Below, piece by piece: positions 14,010 through 26,924 of a DNA stretch of 64,000 nucleotides. Position numbers and translations under genes: made by a program. The notes beneath the pieces were generated by a model. The model worked only from the letters and a program-made list of their open reading frames with translations, was not told the origin of the DNA and made no database searches. Source of the stretch: Haplodiscus bocki (Eukaryota); the NCBI GenBank assembly GCA_965655095.1, contig OZ296654.1:46004001-46068000 (forward strand). Reading direction: 5' to 3'. Numbering within the stretch: the first letter of the stretch is position 1; each line of letters starts with the position of its first letter.

Positions 14010-15388
14010 CATGTCAATAATTTTTGTATACCAGCTTTTTGTGGCAATTTCTGGAAAACTTGGAGGGAAGTTCCAAGTATTTGACGATGAATTGTCATCT
14101 CACGATCAAAACTCTATCTTACTACTTCAATTCATGAAATTTGTATTGAGTTTGAATTTCAAACTAATCGGAACTCTTACGTTAACTTGAGACAATGTTA
14201 CTTGGCGTTGAAATGGAAACTCGTCGAAGGTCGTGCTTACGAAACTTACGAAAGCAAAAAAATTAGAAACAGAAACAAAGAAGAAGCCAAAGAGGCTGGA
14301 GAGGGAAGGCATGGCGTACGGAAAATATTCAAGAGAGAAGATGGGGAATTGGAGGAGGCGGAGGTTCCAGTTCGTCTCGTTACTCGTGTAGACAACATTT
14401 GAACTCCTTTTGTTCCAATTTTCAGATCTACATCATCAATCATCAAAACCACAAATAAATTGGACTCTAGGCACACAAGTTTTACATTTCCAACAACTTC
14501 AGGAGAACCAATTTTGAAGACAAGGGAGCTTTTCACAGCGACGGTTACGACTACGAAGAATGTCTAGATGAGATTATGGAAGCAGATTTGTCTGAAACCT
14601 TAATCACAAGCAGAATGAAAATGCTCAGTAGACCCGATGGCTTCATATTGCATATAAACTGGGAGTTGATTTCTTCTCCACCTCTGAATTGCTATGTCCA
14701 AAGATAAAAATTAGGCTATATCTAATCAGAACACGATCAAACTTTTACAGGAGCAGTGACAACCAATACGTTAGTCTAGGCATTGTTGATTGTTCAATTT
14801 ACACCGGTTGCTTTGCGGTCAAGGACAATTATCACAGGGCAAGAACGAACATGCTTGCATATACTCCCGTGCAGTACAACTTCATGGACATTGTAGAAGA
14901 GATATTTATCATCCCCACCAGAGAAAACCAATTCCTTCAGGAAATTGTTTTTAAAAATGCTCCAATTCGTCGAATTGCCATTGCAATGAATACAAATTCT
15001 GCATTCACTGCATCGTATACTGAAAAACCATTCTGTTATCAGAAATTCGATCTCAGACAAAGTAGAATACTCAGAAAAGGTTAGCCAATCGTAAACTTTC
15101 ATGCTGCTAATAATTGTTGCATCTATGTTAGGACAATGCGAGCGAGGTGAGTTTCCCGCAATTCCAATTGACAATTTCAAATACCACTATTTACTACTGT
15201 TTAATTTTACTTCAATGATAGATGCCAATGAAAATTTTCATTACCCAGAGCTATTCGGAGAACCGCTGAAACTGCAGCGCCAAACTTGAATTTTCCTCTA
15301 GAACACGTTACTGAACACATTGTATTGGCAGATCGAAAGTCTTCGTTTGCAGATGACAAGTTCGATTTTGTTGGAACGAATATCTGAA
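14010..15388 (+). pseudogene. Polinton major capsid protein (hexon, double jelly-roll), decayed
   Basis: CIEFEFQTNRN, FFSTSELLCPKIKIRLYLIR, IIPTRENQF, APIRRIAIAMNTNSAF, YPELFGEPL. Confidence 0.88.
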
Positions 15389-15389
15389 A

Positions 15390-15770
15390 CGGATGATAAT
15401 CCTCTGCAAGAAATATTCAATCGTAGCCGGCAACTAAGTATCGGTACCTTGGTTCATTTCCCGCTGAATATGATCCAACTCTTGGCAATCACACTTTTGC
15501 TATTTTCCACACGCAACCCACCAGGGTGAGCGTTGGATAATGATTGCAAAGTTTCGTCATGAAATATACTTTGCAGACACTCTTGAACCTAAGAAATATC
15601 ATTTTCCCGAACAACATTACAAGCAGATGATTCCAACACAATTGCAGTCCCACCCCAGTGCTTGCAATTTCTACACGATTTATGCAGCTTTACATCTCTT
15701 CAGTTTCTGTCAGGAAGAAATTAATTGAGCTTTCTTTTCTATAAGTATTCTTTTTTATGAGTAATGAAAA
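15390..15770 (+). pseudogene. Polinton adenain-like cysteine protease, decayed
   Basis: YLGSFP, GERWIM (catalytic His site mutated), YFAD, LQSHPSACNFY (Q...C). Confidence 0.82.
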
Positions 15771-15799
15771 GTAATCCTTTAGCGCTTTCAATCTAAAGA

Positions 15800-16565
15800 A
15801 TTCAGTCTGTGTGAGGTATTTGTTCAAACTTATACTCTGTAATTTTATTCCTTTAAAACTTCAATCAATCTTTTTACAAAGCATGGAGCATAAACCTTTC
15901 AGCTCCCTCGATAAAAATCTCCGCCGCCGCAATAAACATCCGCAGGCGTATTCAATTATCTGCCACGCTTCCCAAAAAAAACTGATTCCGTCTGCGCAGG
16001 TTTGAATCCCCTTAGGACCCCTCATCTTTACCCCCTTACTTCCGAGCACACTATACTACCAGACTGCCCGAAATATTTTTCGATATACAAAACACATATC
16101 TTAATAAATTGGGGTATCTTAATACATCTTGCTAACTCGGGCATCTAGTCTCACAGTGCCGAAAAGACCGAACCTCATCGCAATACATTGGTCTGAAACC
16201 TTTTTTAGAGTGAAACCGGGAACATAGTGCAGAAAAGGACGAATCCTGTCTTGAAGTGAACTCTATCCTAATACATTAGGGTATATCTTGGGACGAACCC
16301 TAGTCTCATAGTGTCCACAAAGCCCTCATTTTGCAATGCCAATAAAGCCTTAGTCTCACAGTGCCGAAAAGTTTCAGTCTCACAGTGCCAAAAAGCCCTA
16401 TTCCAATATATTCATACCACGTAATAACATAGGAGCCGAGAAGGGTCTTCCTACCCAAAATACCGGTTTTTGCTCCCTTCCGCTCTCGGACCGCTATAAC
16501 CTATCTTAATACTTGTGGGTCTTCCAACCCCCCCCCCCGTCCGATCAGCTGACTGTCTTACTACT
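15800..16565 (-). repeat. Right TIR of Polinton copy 1 with internal minisatellite units
   Basis: Terminal AGTAGT on the minus strand; repeated TCTTAATA and AGTCTCACAGTGCC(G)AAAAG units at 16095-16420; similar to the termini at 22462 and 37889. Confidence 0.8.
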
Positions 16566-19500
16566 CATTATTCATATTTTCCCAGTGATTTAACCACCAG
16601 AATTTTAAAACTTTCAAGTCAGTTGGGTCCTTGATGAGTCCTCAGGGGAAAAAGTTTTGACATTCGTGTAAATAGTTTCTGTTTCAACAATTCTGGTTGT
16701 TTATTTGCTGTTAGAAAGAGAACTTATTTCGCCCGCTTTATCAGCTTGAACCTAATAGATTGCCATTCTTCGAAACATCAACAAAAAAAACGTTCCACAT
16801 GAAATTTGAAGTCTTTCATTTTTTTAGACCTGAGATACGTCCACAGGCAGAATTCAATCTAAATACTCAGTAACTCACGGATAATCTAACTAAGTTTCCT
16901 GAAGGCTTTCAGAGGTCAGAAGCAAAAAACAACACGCTATGCAATGGAACTTCATGTTCTGAGTTTGGATCTTATGGTGCGGTCAAGCACCACTAAGATC
17001 CGTAAAATACAAAGCAATCTCAGAGAAAGTCTTTGATTTGTATTTCAGAAAAACCCGATTTGTTTTATTTTCTTTTTTTTCTCTTTCAGAGGAATGGTGA
17101 AGTGATCAAACGTTTCCATACAAAACTATATTAGAATTACAGTTCTCAGTATTGTTTAGGTTTCAAATTCTCGCTGTTTTGTATTTCTCCCGAACTGAAA
17201 AAAATTGCCAGAGGTAGAGGAATGGTCCCAGAAGGATAGATGAGTGTGTTCACTACAAAAATCTTAGTTTCTAGTGGAAGGGTTTCGAAATTGAAATTGA
17301 AAATGATTTGATTTACAAAATTACCTAACCTAAAAGCTGCGTCAAATTTTTCTTTTCAAAACTATCAATTATTTAGATCCCGGGTAAAAACCCTGACTTG
17401 TAATAAGTTTGATACTTAATACTACTGCAAGGCCAGAATCACCTATAATCAGGACCTAATTTACGATATTGGAATGGATTAAACTCACGGTCTGGCGCTG
17501 TTCCTTTTAATGACAGACAGCTAAAGTTTAACATTGAAATGTCTCAAAAATCAAAGTCCAAGGGACGGGAAGGTCTCATTCCAATTCTATTTGAGTTTGC
17601 AGTTCAGAGGGTTGGAAGGTTTTATTCGAAATTACTCCAACCCCACAATTTTTTTCCGAAATTTTTCTGTTTTTTATGGTTTTTTTCGTGTTTTTATTAC
17701 CATTGGCCAGGTGGGAAAAAACGAGAATTTGACGTTAAAAATCTGATATTAAAACAAACTAGAAAAAAAGTGGGGTCAGAGCGAAAATGTGAAGAAACTT
17801 CGAGAGGATATGTTTCCACTCACTTGGCACTATGGTTCCAATTGGTATATTTGTTGGGTTATGTGTCTGATGGACGGTGTTGTACTGGGAAATTTTATTT
17901 ACTTTTCTTACAAAACCAAGCCTAATGTCAGAAAATTACCAAAACCGCACTTCAGAAAACTCGTATTTGTCTTCAAAAAATATAGATACGCCATTCAACT
18001 GAAAATAGAGTCTACATTCCAAAAATTGCTTCTACATTTCAACCAAGACATTATTGTATTATCAAATTAAAAAATACCGACACCCTTGAGACAGGAAATT
18101 TTCCAGATAATCTACAAAGTGTTTCATAAAACCTTTTTTGAGAGTAAAAGAAGTTTTATTGAATCTAGTTGTTAGATAAAAAGCAGATAAAAAAACAAAC
18201 AAGGTAACAAAAAAAGTCGAAAAATACCAGGGTTTTCACGCCTTCCGAACTTAAAGACACGCCTGGAAAGCACACTTTCCGCCACCAGGTACCAACTTTC
18301 CTTGTCTGAAAGTCACAAATCGTCATTTTCCATACTTCAAGAGACAATGGTGGCAATTTAACTTCAGAACGTGGTAGAAACCTGCGGACTCTCACTACAT
18401 AGTGTAGGACAACAGATCGCCGAAGTACTTGGCAACGTAATATTCTTCCACACCCTGACTTTTTGAAATTTTGATTCCCCAATTTTGTTATGACGTCCGG
18501 AATAGAATATTCTTCCTGGCATTCAAATCACGTTTTTAATGTCCCCTATCAAAAGTGGTAAATTGGTAGATACCGGAACCAAAAAAGCGCACTTGATATT
18601 TTGCCACTAAATCCGTTTTTAATTCAACTATTTTGACGTCCCCTCCAGATAGAAAATATTAAGTTCGGCACAAAACTCGACCAGAAAAATGGATTTGATA
18701 TCCATTAATTCAGCACCAATTGACCTAGCGCTCCTTTACCTTTAAAGCAGCCAACCATCTTTTCAACTTCAAACTAGTTTCCCACGATCCTATATTCAAA
18801 ATGGTGCTAAAGTTCTTACATCACTTCGTCATTTTGTCCAACTTGAACAGCTTTAGTGTTTGAAGCGGCACTTGAATGTCTTCAGTTGAAAATGCGCAGT
18901 TTTTTCGTCAAAATTTTTTAGTTTTCGTGAGAATTTAATTTAAGGATAAAGAAGTTGTCTTCCAAAGTTTTTGCAGCGTATGAAGCGTCATAAACGCGTG
19001 CTTTGTACGTAGGAACCCAATAGCGAAGCAACTGCTGCGGAAAAAGGAACTACAAAAAGAAGAAAAGGACGCACGAAGGCAAAGGTTCATTGTGACAAAA
19101 AGCAAAGTCCATAATAAATTTCTCAAATGCGCTATTACTCGTTTCCCAGGTAGGCGTAGTTGTTGAGACATTCAATTTTTAAACTTCTAACTCATTTTCT
19201 CATGAATTTCGCAAAATGGACCGATTTAATGGGGGTTAAAATGCTTTCACGTCAAAATTTTCATACAGATAAATTTTTCACATTTTCTCTCAATTCCAGC
19301 TTCTAACACTCTGCACGTTGATTGTTCCATGGATTGTGTAAATTATCAGGCGCTTAAACGAATATTATATGCGTAATTCTACGTTTACAGTGTCTCAGAT
19401 AACTTAGTAGTGTGCAAAAATGGGACCAAGGAAAACTAACCACGGCCCAAAAATGGAACTTAGCATGCCATCTCTGTTAACTCTGGGTCCATCTCTGTCT

Positions 19501-20080
19501 TACTAAGAGAGGGCAAACCGTAATCATAACCAACAAGTTTGAAAATCTATTTTGATTTTCTATTTGTATTTGTAGTTTAAGTATCTATAGCGTCAAAGAA
19601 TGATACTTTTGTAGAAAATGGAGAAGCTCCACCATTTTCATGAATCTCTCTGGTTAGCAGTTGTCGATTAACACGGTAAAGCAACCAATTTCGAAGCCCG
19701 AACTTTTTGTGGCCATTAAGTTACCACATTCAGAGTTACAACAGTTGATGAGGTGGTGCATTTCAGATTTAAGTCCTGATTATAAAATCTATCTTAGGTT
19801 TTAAACACTCATGTCAAACCTAAGTTGATAATCCCTCTGGTAGACGTCAGTTACTTTCTGTACGTCCTGTAAATTGACTTATATCCGTTGTAATGGAATT
19901 CTTGAGTGAAACGACAAATTAATTCAGAACCGTTGTCTTCTCTGAGCTTTATTAGAGCAAGTTTTTCCTTAGAGAGCACGCCTGAACTTCGGAAAGTAAA
20001 ATAGCATAAGATTTTCACAAAAACAGGAGAAGAGTAGTATGATAATGAACCAACCAGCTGGGGTGGTGGAAGCCCCTACG

Positions 20081-20490
20081 TGTAATAAGTTAGGCTATAG
20101 GCGTCTGAGATCCGAATTGAGGTCAAAGCCGGTGTTCAGCGAGCGGAGGTCCCTTTTCGGTTGCTATAATGAGACGTAGGGTCAAGGTACTAAAATAGGG
20201 TTAAGAAATGAGTTCGGTGGAGTCGAGGGATTCCAATTATTAAAAAAAGGGATGGGTAGACGAGAGTATTCGGCATTAATTAGGATATGAAGTTTAGTAG
20301 TATTAGATGGAGCAAGACAGCCACGGGGATAGGTTATGCAACCCGAGAACCGAGAAGCGTCTTCGGTCACTGTGCGATGTGGGTCTAATGGCTGGCGAGG
20401 GTGAGAGTCTTTCTCGGCATAGTAGAAAAAGATAAAAACTGTTATTGTACTTTTTCGGGGCTGCGCATGGCCGAGCGGATAAATATTACA
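20081..20490 (+). mobile_element. LTR (3' LTR with upstream purine-rich tract) of an LTR retrotransposon
   Basis: TGTAATA...TATTACA 7-bp inverted ends, 410 bp, GC-richer than flanks, preceded by GGGGTGGTGGAAG. Confidence 0.7.
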
Positions 20491-20699
20491 GTGCGGAATT
20501 AGATTTTACGCCAGCGGTTAGTTACTAAGACTGCCGTTAATTAGTGCGCCTGCGACTATTTTCGCGCCTGGGACAGTTTTAAAGACTGAAGTTATCTTTG
20601 TAACTTATTGCTATGTGAAAAGATTGTTTGAAAGTTAAAAAAGTGAGTTAGATTATAGAAATATTACCAAAAACATTGTAAGTAAAAAATTTGAATATT

Positions 20700-22461
20700 T
20701 GCTGGGTGAGTAACCGTTTGCTTCAAAAATATTCTTTGGATAGAAAAACTTTACGACAAGCCTTTTTGGTCCTCTCATAGGTATGAACACTATGATTTTT
20801 TTTCGGAATCCGCGACCTATTGATGTTACACTTTCTTTTTCTTTGAAAACTTCCAAAGATTTTTGCACGGGACCATCTCTATTGTCTTCAATTTATTGTT
20901 TGTGTAAATCTTTGCTGCCAAACTTTTATTTGTTGAAGCAGTAGTCGAAACAACATTAGCTTTTACTACACAAACACAACATTTCTGTGGAACGAACTCC
21001 TCCTTGGACAGTCCCTACTCCCTCTTCTGTTGTTTTTTTTTGTTTTTTGCGAAAAATGTACGCCCGAAGACGTTGCGGCAACCGTCTGCAAAGAAACTCT
21101 CGTCACAGTCTTTGCTTCGCAAAAGTTCCCACTCTTGCTTTCTTGGCTACATTTTTATAAACCTTCCTTTGCGAGCGCTAAAAAGAAAGAAACTGTATCC
21201 AATTCCTCCATCTTTTCGTAATTTACTGTTTAGCGAAATTTTGAAGAAAAGTTGCAACAGAGCTGCAACAGTCTCAATTTAGCGTTCTGATAGATAAAAG
21301 ACCTATTATGATAGGCTCTTTATGTCCAATGTCGGGCTTCACCATTTCGTTTAAATAGAGTTGTTGATTGTATTGAGCTGGTCTCTCCGACAGCTTAGTG
21401 TTTATTGCTGCATCTAACCGAATGACGACTACGACCATTATTTGATATCCATAGGAACCGCTGGCAAGTATTCCTGTTGTTTCTGCAAGAACACTGGAAA
21501 TGGGACTTTCATCGTGCGACAGCAACATAATGCACAAAATTGTTGAACCATTTTACTAGAACGCACTCAACGAATGGGTAAGTTTTTGTGCATACGGACC
21601 CAGTTCCAAGTAAAACAAAAAAACAGTGTAATGATTGTTGCATTTTTACCTCAAAACTGGAAATTAACGTTCGTCGTTGTTGGTGGTTGGAACAGTAAAC
21701 TTTCCCTATAAGCAAACACTTGCATTGAAGGATTATTATCATGTCTGCATACGTTAGTATATTTAAAAACAAGAGGAAAAATTGCAGTTTTTTTCTCCGC
21801 TACTCTGGGACATGATTATCACAACGTGAATAACCAAACAACAAACCCGACTTTAGCTTTCAAATTGACTGTTCTTCTCTCAGCGGTCTCTTTAAACGAA
21901 AAGATTCTCTCAAATGCTGCTTTAGTGACGCATCTGTTTTGTATAACGACCATCACTCACGTTTCCACATTTCAGCAATATCGTTTATTTTCTTTTTGAT
22001 GTACTCTCATCGGATTTGGTCTATTGTTCTCCTTTTATTTCCCCGTTTAATGTCTTCTTCTGTTAGCGGAGGTCGTGCTTCTTGGCGAGAACAGTAAGGT
22101 TGAAACCAAGCTTTCGCTTCAAGCACGGTGCTGCAATGGGCGAAAAATCTATCCGCATTGAAACAATCATTTTTTCTGACATGCTATGGTTTAGAAGCCC
22201 TCTATTTAACAGTCGGATCTGATTCAAAGAAAATTGGTCACGAAAAGGTTTTGAAAGCTTCTTGTCTTGTTTAGTTTGTGTTTGAATCTTTGTAAATCTT
22301 CCTCAATTTCATATCTAGTGTAAAAACCTGTCGGCCTGAGTTGCCACGTAGAAAATGGGAAAAGACGGCTGGCATCAATCCCAACAACTGATTCACAAAT
22401 TTTTGTGGACTTGCCAACGAGTGTCTCCTCAAATATAACTATACGTGTAAACACAATTGAA
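20700..22461 (-). pseudogene. Protein-primed DNA polymerase B, 3' half (subfamily B, target of nested insertion)
   Basis: Begins SIVFTR; VGIDASRLFP (motif A), ILASGSYGYQIM (motif B), EELDTVSF (motif C), C-terminal TSIGRGFR. Confidence 0.88.
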
Positions 22462-23540
22462 AGTAGTAGAAGAGTGAGCACACCAAGTGGGGGAGTTTGC
22501 CTTATAGACCCTATGTTTTATTATGGGCTATAGCAAGCCGAGTGGAACCGAGAGCCGAGAAGGGTCTTCATGCCCAGCTGGGACCTCTCGGATGTTTTTG
22601 GGAGACGTAATCTCAATTCTGATTGGCTGACGAAGCCTATATGTTATTCGGGCTTGATTCCGATTGGCAGCCTACAACTTTGCGGTTTGGGCACAAGTCA
22701 AGTGTGTTCGGCAATTTATTAAGACAGGGAATGGTATACCACATTGTATTAGTATAGGCTTTGGATTTTGAAAAGTATAAAGACAGAGAGTGGGCCCAAT
22801 GACCCATTTTCGGTGCTATGAGACCTTTTCGAGATTTTTTTTTGATTTTTGGGCAGCAGCCGAGCTTCGGGCGGATATTCATTACAACTCGGTCTGATTG
22901 TGACGGCTGCGGATACTGTTATGACTTCATGCTATGTGAAAAGATTGCTGCAATGTATTAGTATACGGTATCCTTCGGTAATGTATTAAGATAGGTTATC
23001 GTTTGGTATTGTATTAGGATAGGGTCCAATTGGCTAATGCATTAAGTTAGAGTTTAGTCCTGTAAGGTAAAAAGGTAAGGTATAGTTCGGCAATGTTTTA
23101 TGCTCAGTAGTATAAGGGTCCAAATGGGTTTTCGGAGTGAAGCTCAACATTATGTCAATCTTATCACCTGTCAATCCTGGATTCAACATATGGTTTCTCG
23201 CAAGGTAGACTCGAGCTTTCGAAAACGTTTTTCAGTACTAAAATCTTCTTCTAACTAGGACGCCTGAGGGATAAAAGTTTAACTAAGGGATCTCAAACAA
23301 ACGTGAAGATTGACTCCAGCAATGCAAAAGTAATAAGGGCAAAAAAATGTAGCCATGTTACCCATTACAATATACCATATATTTGATTACCACCAAAAAA
23401 GACCTGTCATAAAAGGAGATACCGACCATAAAAGCAGCTGTCAATCAGTTTTTCACGATTGCGCATACTGCGTTGACCTAATGCCCTAATGCTATCTAAA
23501 AAGTTTGATATAGAGTTTAAAATTTTTAATTAGACAATAC
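22462..23540 (+). repeat. Polinton terminal repeat (~1 kb), partner of 37889-38600
   Basis: AGTAGTAGAAGAGTGAGCA vs AGTAGCAGAAGGGTGGGCA; shared TTTGGGCACAAGTC, TGATTGGCTG and AAAAAATGTAGC blocks. Confidence 0.85.
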
Positions 23541-23589
23541 AATAAATAACAAAAGCATGTTATAACATGCACAATTACATTGAAAAGCT

Positions 23590-23983
23590 CAAATTATTAT
23601 ATGTAACTACTAATAAAGGAATATATATTGACATCGTGAGCTCAGGTAATTTCTCCTTGTCGCATCTTGAGGAGAGCATAAGTTGCTTATGTCGTGTAGA
23701 AACCGCAGACGCTTGGATTGGACTGTAATGGTTCTGGCATCATCTGCTTGTATTGCCGCTTGAGGAAACTGCTGCGTCCGAGAAACTCTGCAACATACAA
23801 TTTTAAATGAGAGTTTGCATACATTATCCAATGCTCATCCTGCAAAATACGGAGTTACGTTTTCATAATGGCAAAAGTCTCATTGAGGAGAGTTGGAACA
23901 GAATCTGCGGAGAACGAAACAAAGTTTCGATACTTGAGTAGAAGGATACGACTGATTACTTGCTCCAGAGCAACGTGATCCAT
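23590..23983 (-). pseudogene. Polinton adenain-like cysteine protease, decayed
   Basis: MDHVALEQVISRI...DEHWIM...LQSNPSVCGFY. Confidence 0.85.
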
Positions 23984-23985
23984 TT

Positions 23986-25105
23986 TAGATATTCTTCACA
24001 ACGACGCCAAACTTGAAACTGCAACCGAAGGCTTTCGATTGCCCAATATACTGATTCTGGAAACGTGTTCTAGAGGAAAAGTAAAGTTTAGCTCGAGTCT
24101 CAGAGGTTCTCCAACTAGTTCTGTGTAATGACAGTTTTCAGTAGCTTCTTGCATTGAAGTCAAATCAAAAACAATTACTAAGTGATCTTTGATTATGTCA
24201 ATGGGAATTGAGGGTATATCATCTTGAAAAATTATCGTTTTCATTGTCGTAACGCATAAAGGACAAAACTCATCAGTATCAAAATCTTCAATTGGCTGGC
24301 CATCTCTGATTATTAAATTGTCTGAGATCGAACTGCTGTTATTAGAATGGATTTTCAGTGTCAGATCCAGTGAAAGCAGAGTTTGTTTTCATGGCAATGG
24401 CAATTAGACGAAGTGGAGCATTTCAAAAGAAGTTATTTTGATTGAATTGGTTTTGTTTTGTAGGAATGATAAAAGTCTTTACCAGATTTTCCAAATCCTT
24501 GACTTTCACAGGGGTATAGGCGAGCATATCGTTGTTTCTCTTGTGATTATCGTCCTTGAGAGCAGTACGACGAGTGTAAAGCCAACTGTCAAACAAACAA
24601 CATTTCCCAGACTAACGTTGGGGTTGTCGCCAATCATGTTAAATTACGGTCCGTCTCTGATTAGTCGTAGTCTATTTTTCATATTTAGATAAAACAATTC
24701 AAAAGTGAAGAAATAGTCAACACCCAATTTACCATACAACATGAAGCCTTCCGGTCCACTAAGCATTTTCATTTTTGTTGTGAAAAATGAGTCAGACAAG
24801 GGTTCTTCGTAACTTCATCAGGAAATTCCTAAAATTCGTATCTCTGGCAGTGGAAAACGTCCTTGTTTTCGGAGATGGCTCCTTTGAAGTTGTTGGAAAC
24901 GTAAGATTAGTGCGAATACAATCCTTATAGATTGTTTATTTGCTGATTGTTGATGTATACTTCAACATTGGAAAAATTTTTTGCAAAATGTTGTTTACTT
25001 GAGTAACGAGAGGAACTGGAACCTCTTGCACTTCCTCCTCCGTTTGCATAACCGTTTTAGCTTCATTTTTGTGCCCCATTTTTATTTCATTTATTTGTAA
25101 GTTTA
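23986..25105 (-). pseudogene. Major capsid protein, 5'-truncated third copy
   Basis: GFMLYGKLGVDYF; FQDDIPSIPID...VFDLTSMQEATENCHYTELVGEPLRLELNFTFPLEHV (ORF 23996-24244). Confidence 0.88.
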
Positions 25106-25189
25106 GCAATCTGAAGGGAGTGATCCAAGCTACCGATATTTCAGTATAAGGTAGGATTTTTTATTTGCTGGAGAGTAGCTTTTTCGAAT

Positions 25190-26555
25190 TCGGATATTCT
25201 TTCCAACGAGCCAAACTTGTCAGTTGCAACCGAAGACATTCGATCGCCCAATACAATGATTTTAGAAACGTGTCCTAGAGAAAAATTCAAGTTTAGCGCT
25301 GCAGTCTCACCGGTTCTCCGAATAGTTCTAGGTAATAGAAAAATTCAGTAGCATCTTTCTTGAAAGTAGAATCAAACAGTACTAATAAGTGGTCTTTGAA
25401 ATTGCCAATTGGAATTGCGGGATTGTCACCTTGCTCGCATTCCTATAACAAAGGAGCAACAATTAATAGCAGCATAAAAGTTTACCATTGGCTGACCTTC
25501 TCTGAGTATTCTACTTTGTCTGAGATCGAATTTCTGATAACAGAATGGTTTTTCAGTATACGATGCAGTGAATGCAGAATTTGTATTCATTGCAATGGCA
25601 ATTCGACGAAATGGAGCATCTTTAGAAACACTTTCCTGAAGGAATTGGTTTTCTCTGGAGGGGATGATAATTGTCTTTTCCACGACCTCCAAGAAGTTGT
25701 AGTCCACGGGAGTATATGCAAACATGTCCTTTCTTGCCCGGTGATAAGTATCTTTGAGAGCAAAATACCTGGTGTAAAGTGAACAATCAACACTTCCTAG
25801 ACTAACGTCGTGGTTATCGCTGGTCATGTAGAAATTTGATCAAGTTCTGATTAGACATAGCCTAACTTTCATATTTGGACATAACAATTCAGAGGTGGAG
25901 AAGAACTCAACCCCCAGTATATATGCAATATAAAGCCATCGAGTCTACTGAGCATTTTCATTCTGCTTGTGATTAAGGGTTCAGACAAATCTGCTTCCAT
26001 AATCTCATCTAGAAATTCTTCATAGTCGTAACCATTGCTGTGCAAAGCTCCCTTGTCTTCAAAGTTGGTTTTCTTAAAGTTGTTGGAAATGCAGGACTTG
26101 TGTGCATGGAGTCCAATTTGTTTGTGGTTTCGATGATTGTTGATGTACTTCTGAAAATTGGAACAAAAGGAGTGCAAATGTTGTTTACACGAGTAACGAG
26201 AGGAACTGCAGCCTCAGCTTCCTCCATCACCTCATTTTCCGTACGCCATGCTTTGATTCTCCAGCATCTTCGGCTTCTTTTTTTGTGCTTGTTTCTAACT
26301 TCCTTGTTTTTGTAAGTTTCGCAACCACAACTTTTGAAGAGTTTCCGTTTCAAAGCTAAGTGACGTAGTCTCAATTTTACGTAAAAGTTCCGATCTGTTT
26401 GAAATTCAAACACAATACGATTTTCATGAAGTCAAGTAGTAGGATAAACTTCTCGTTCGTGGGAAGCCAATGCATCGTCAAACAGTTGGACTTTCGCTCC
26501 AAAGTTTCAAGAAACTGCCACACAATGTTGGTATAGAAAATTTTTCTCGACATGA
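25190..26555 (-). pseudogene. Major capsid protein, second copy, decayed
   Basis: ORFs 26009-26413, 25869-26177 and 25426-25827 match hexon copy 1 (FEFQTDRN; RRIAIAMNTNSAF). Confidence 0.88.
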
Positions 26556-26908
26556 CCAACCAGAAATGCCTGTAAAAATATCTCTACGTGACCGGCTGGC
26601 TTCCTCGCTAGATTTGTTTGAAACACTTTCCTTTGCTTACTACCACAAACAACCTATTTTCTCAATGTTTGTCCTCCCGCACTCTTTGCCGCACTCTTGA
26701 AATTTTTTCTAACACTTACAACCTCTGCATCTTCTGGCACAGCAAATTCCAACAAAAGAGCAACCACGCGTTTTGCAGTTAGGAAGGAGTTTTTACGTAA
26801 AAATTGAGCGCTTCACTTATTAACTTGCGCAAGTGCACCGAATCCCCGTCTACTTTGTCATCCAATACCTCTATAGAGTGGAATGTCTACTTGTCTTGAG
26901 GCAACCAA
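26555..26908 (-). pseudogene. Small basic core/cupiennin-like protein, decayed
   Basis: VASRQVDIPLYRGIG*QSRRGFGALAQVN; homolog of 13655-14008. Confidence 0.7.
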
Positions 26909-26924
26909 TTTCAGCGCCTTTTAG

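Larger units (their letters stand above)
8665..16565 (+). mobile_element. Polinton/Maverick copy 1, 5'-truncated (no pPolB, no left TIR)
   Basis: Gene order accessory ORFs-ATPase-integrase-penton-core peptide-hexon-protease; right terminus ...CTTACTACT at 16565 (reverse complement AGTAGTAAG); colinear with the inverted copy at 22462-34670. Confidence 0.92.

Noticed and set aside
14794-15180. Conserved Cys-rich ORF pair (14794-15180 - and 25360-25782 +) as a real gene
   Set aside because: They are antisense shadows of the hexon identity tract; DNA is 100% identical including would-be synonymous sites, and starts and ends differ.
16095-16420. CRISPR-like repeat array
   Set aside because: Units are degenerate and irregularly spaced without unique spacers, lie inside a Polinton TIR, and there are no cas genes in this eukaryotic context.
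16566-19950. Host gene between the inverted Polintons
   Set aside because: Only short low-complexity ORFs and isolated splice-like motifs are present; no recognisable domain.
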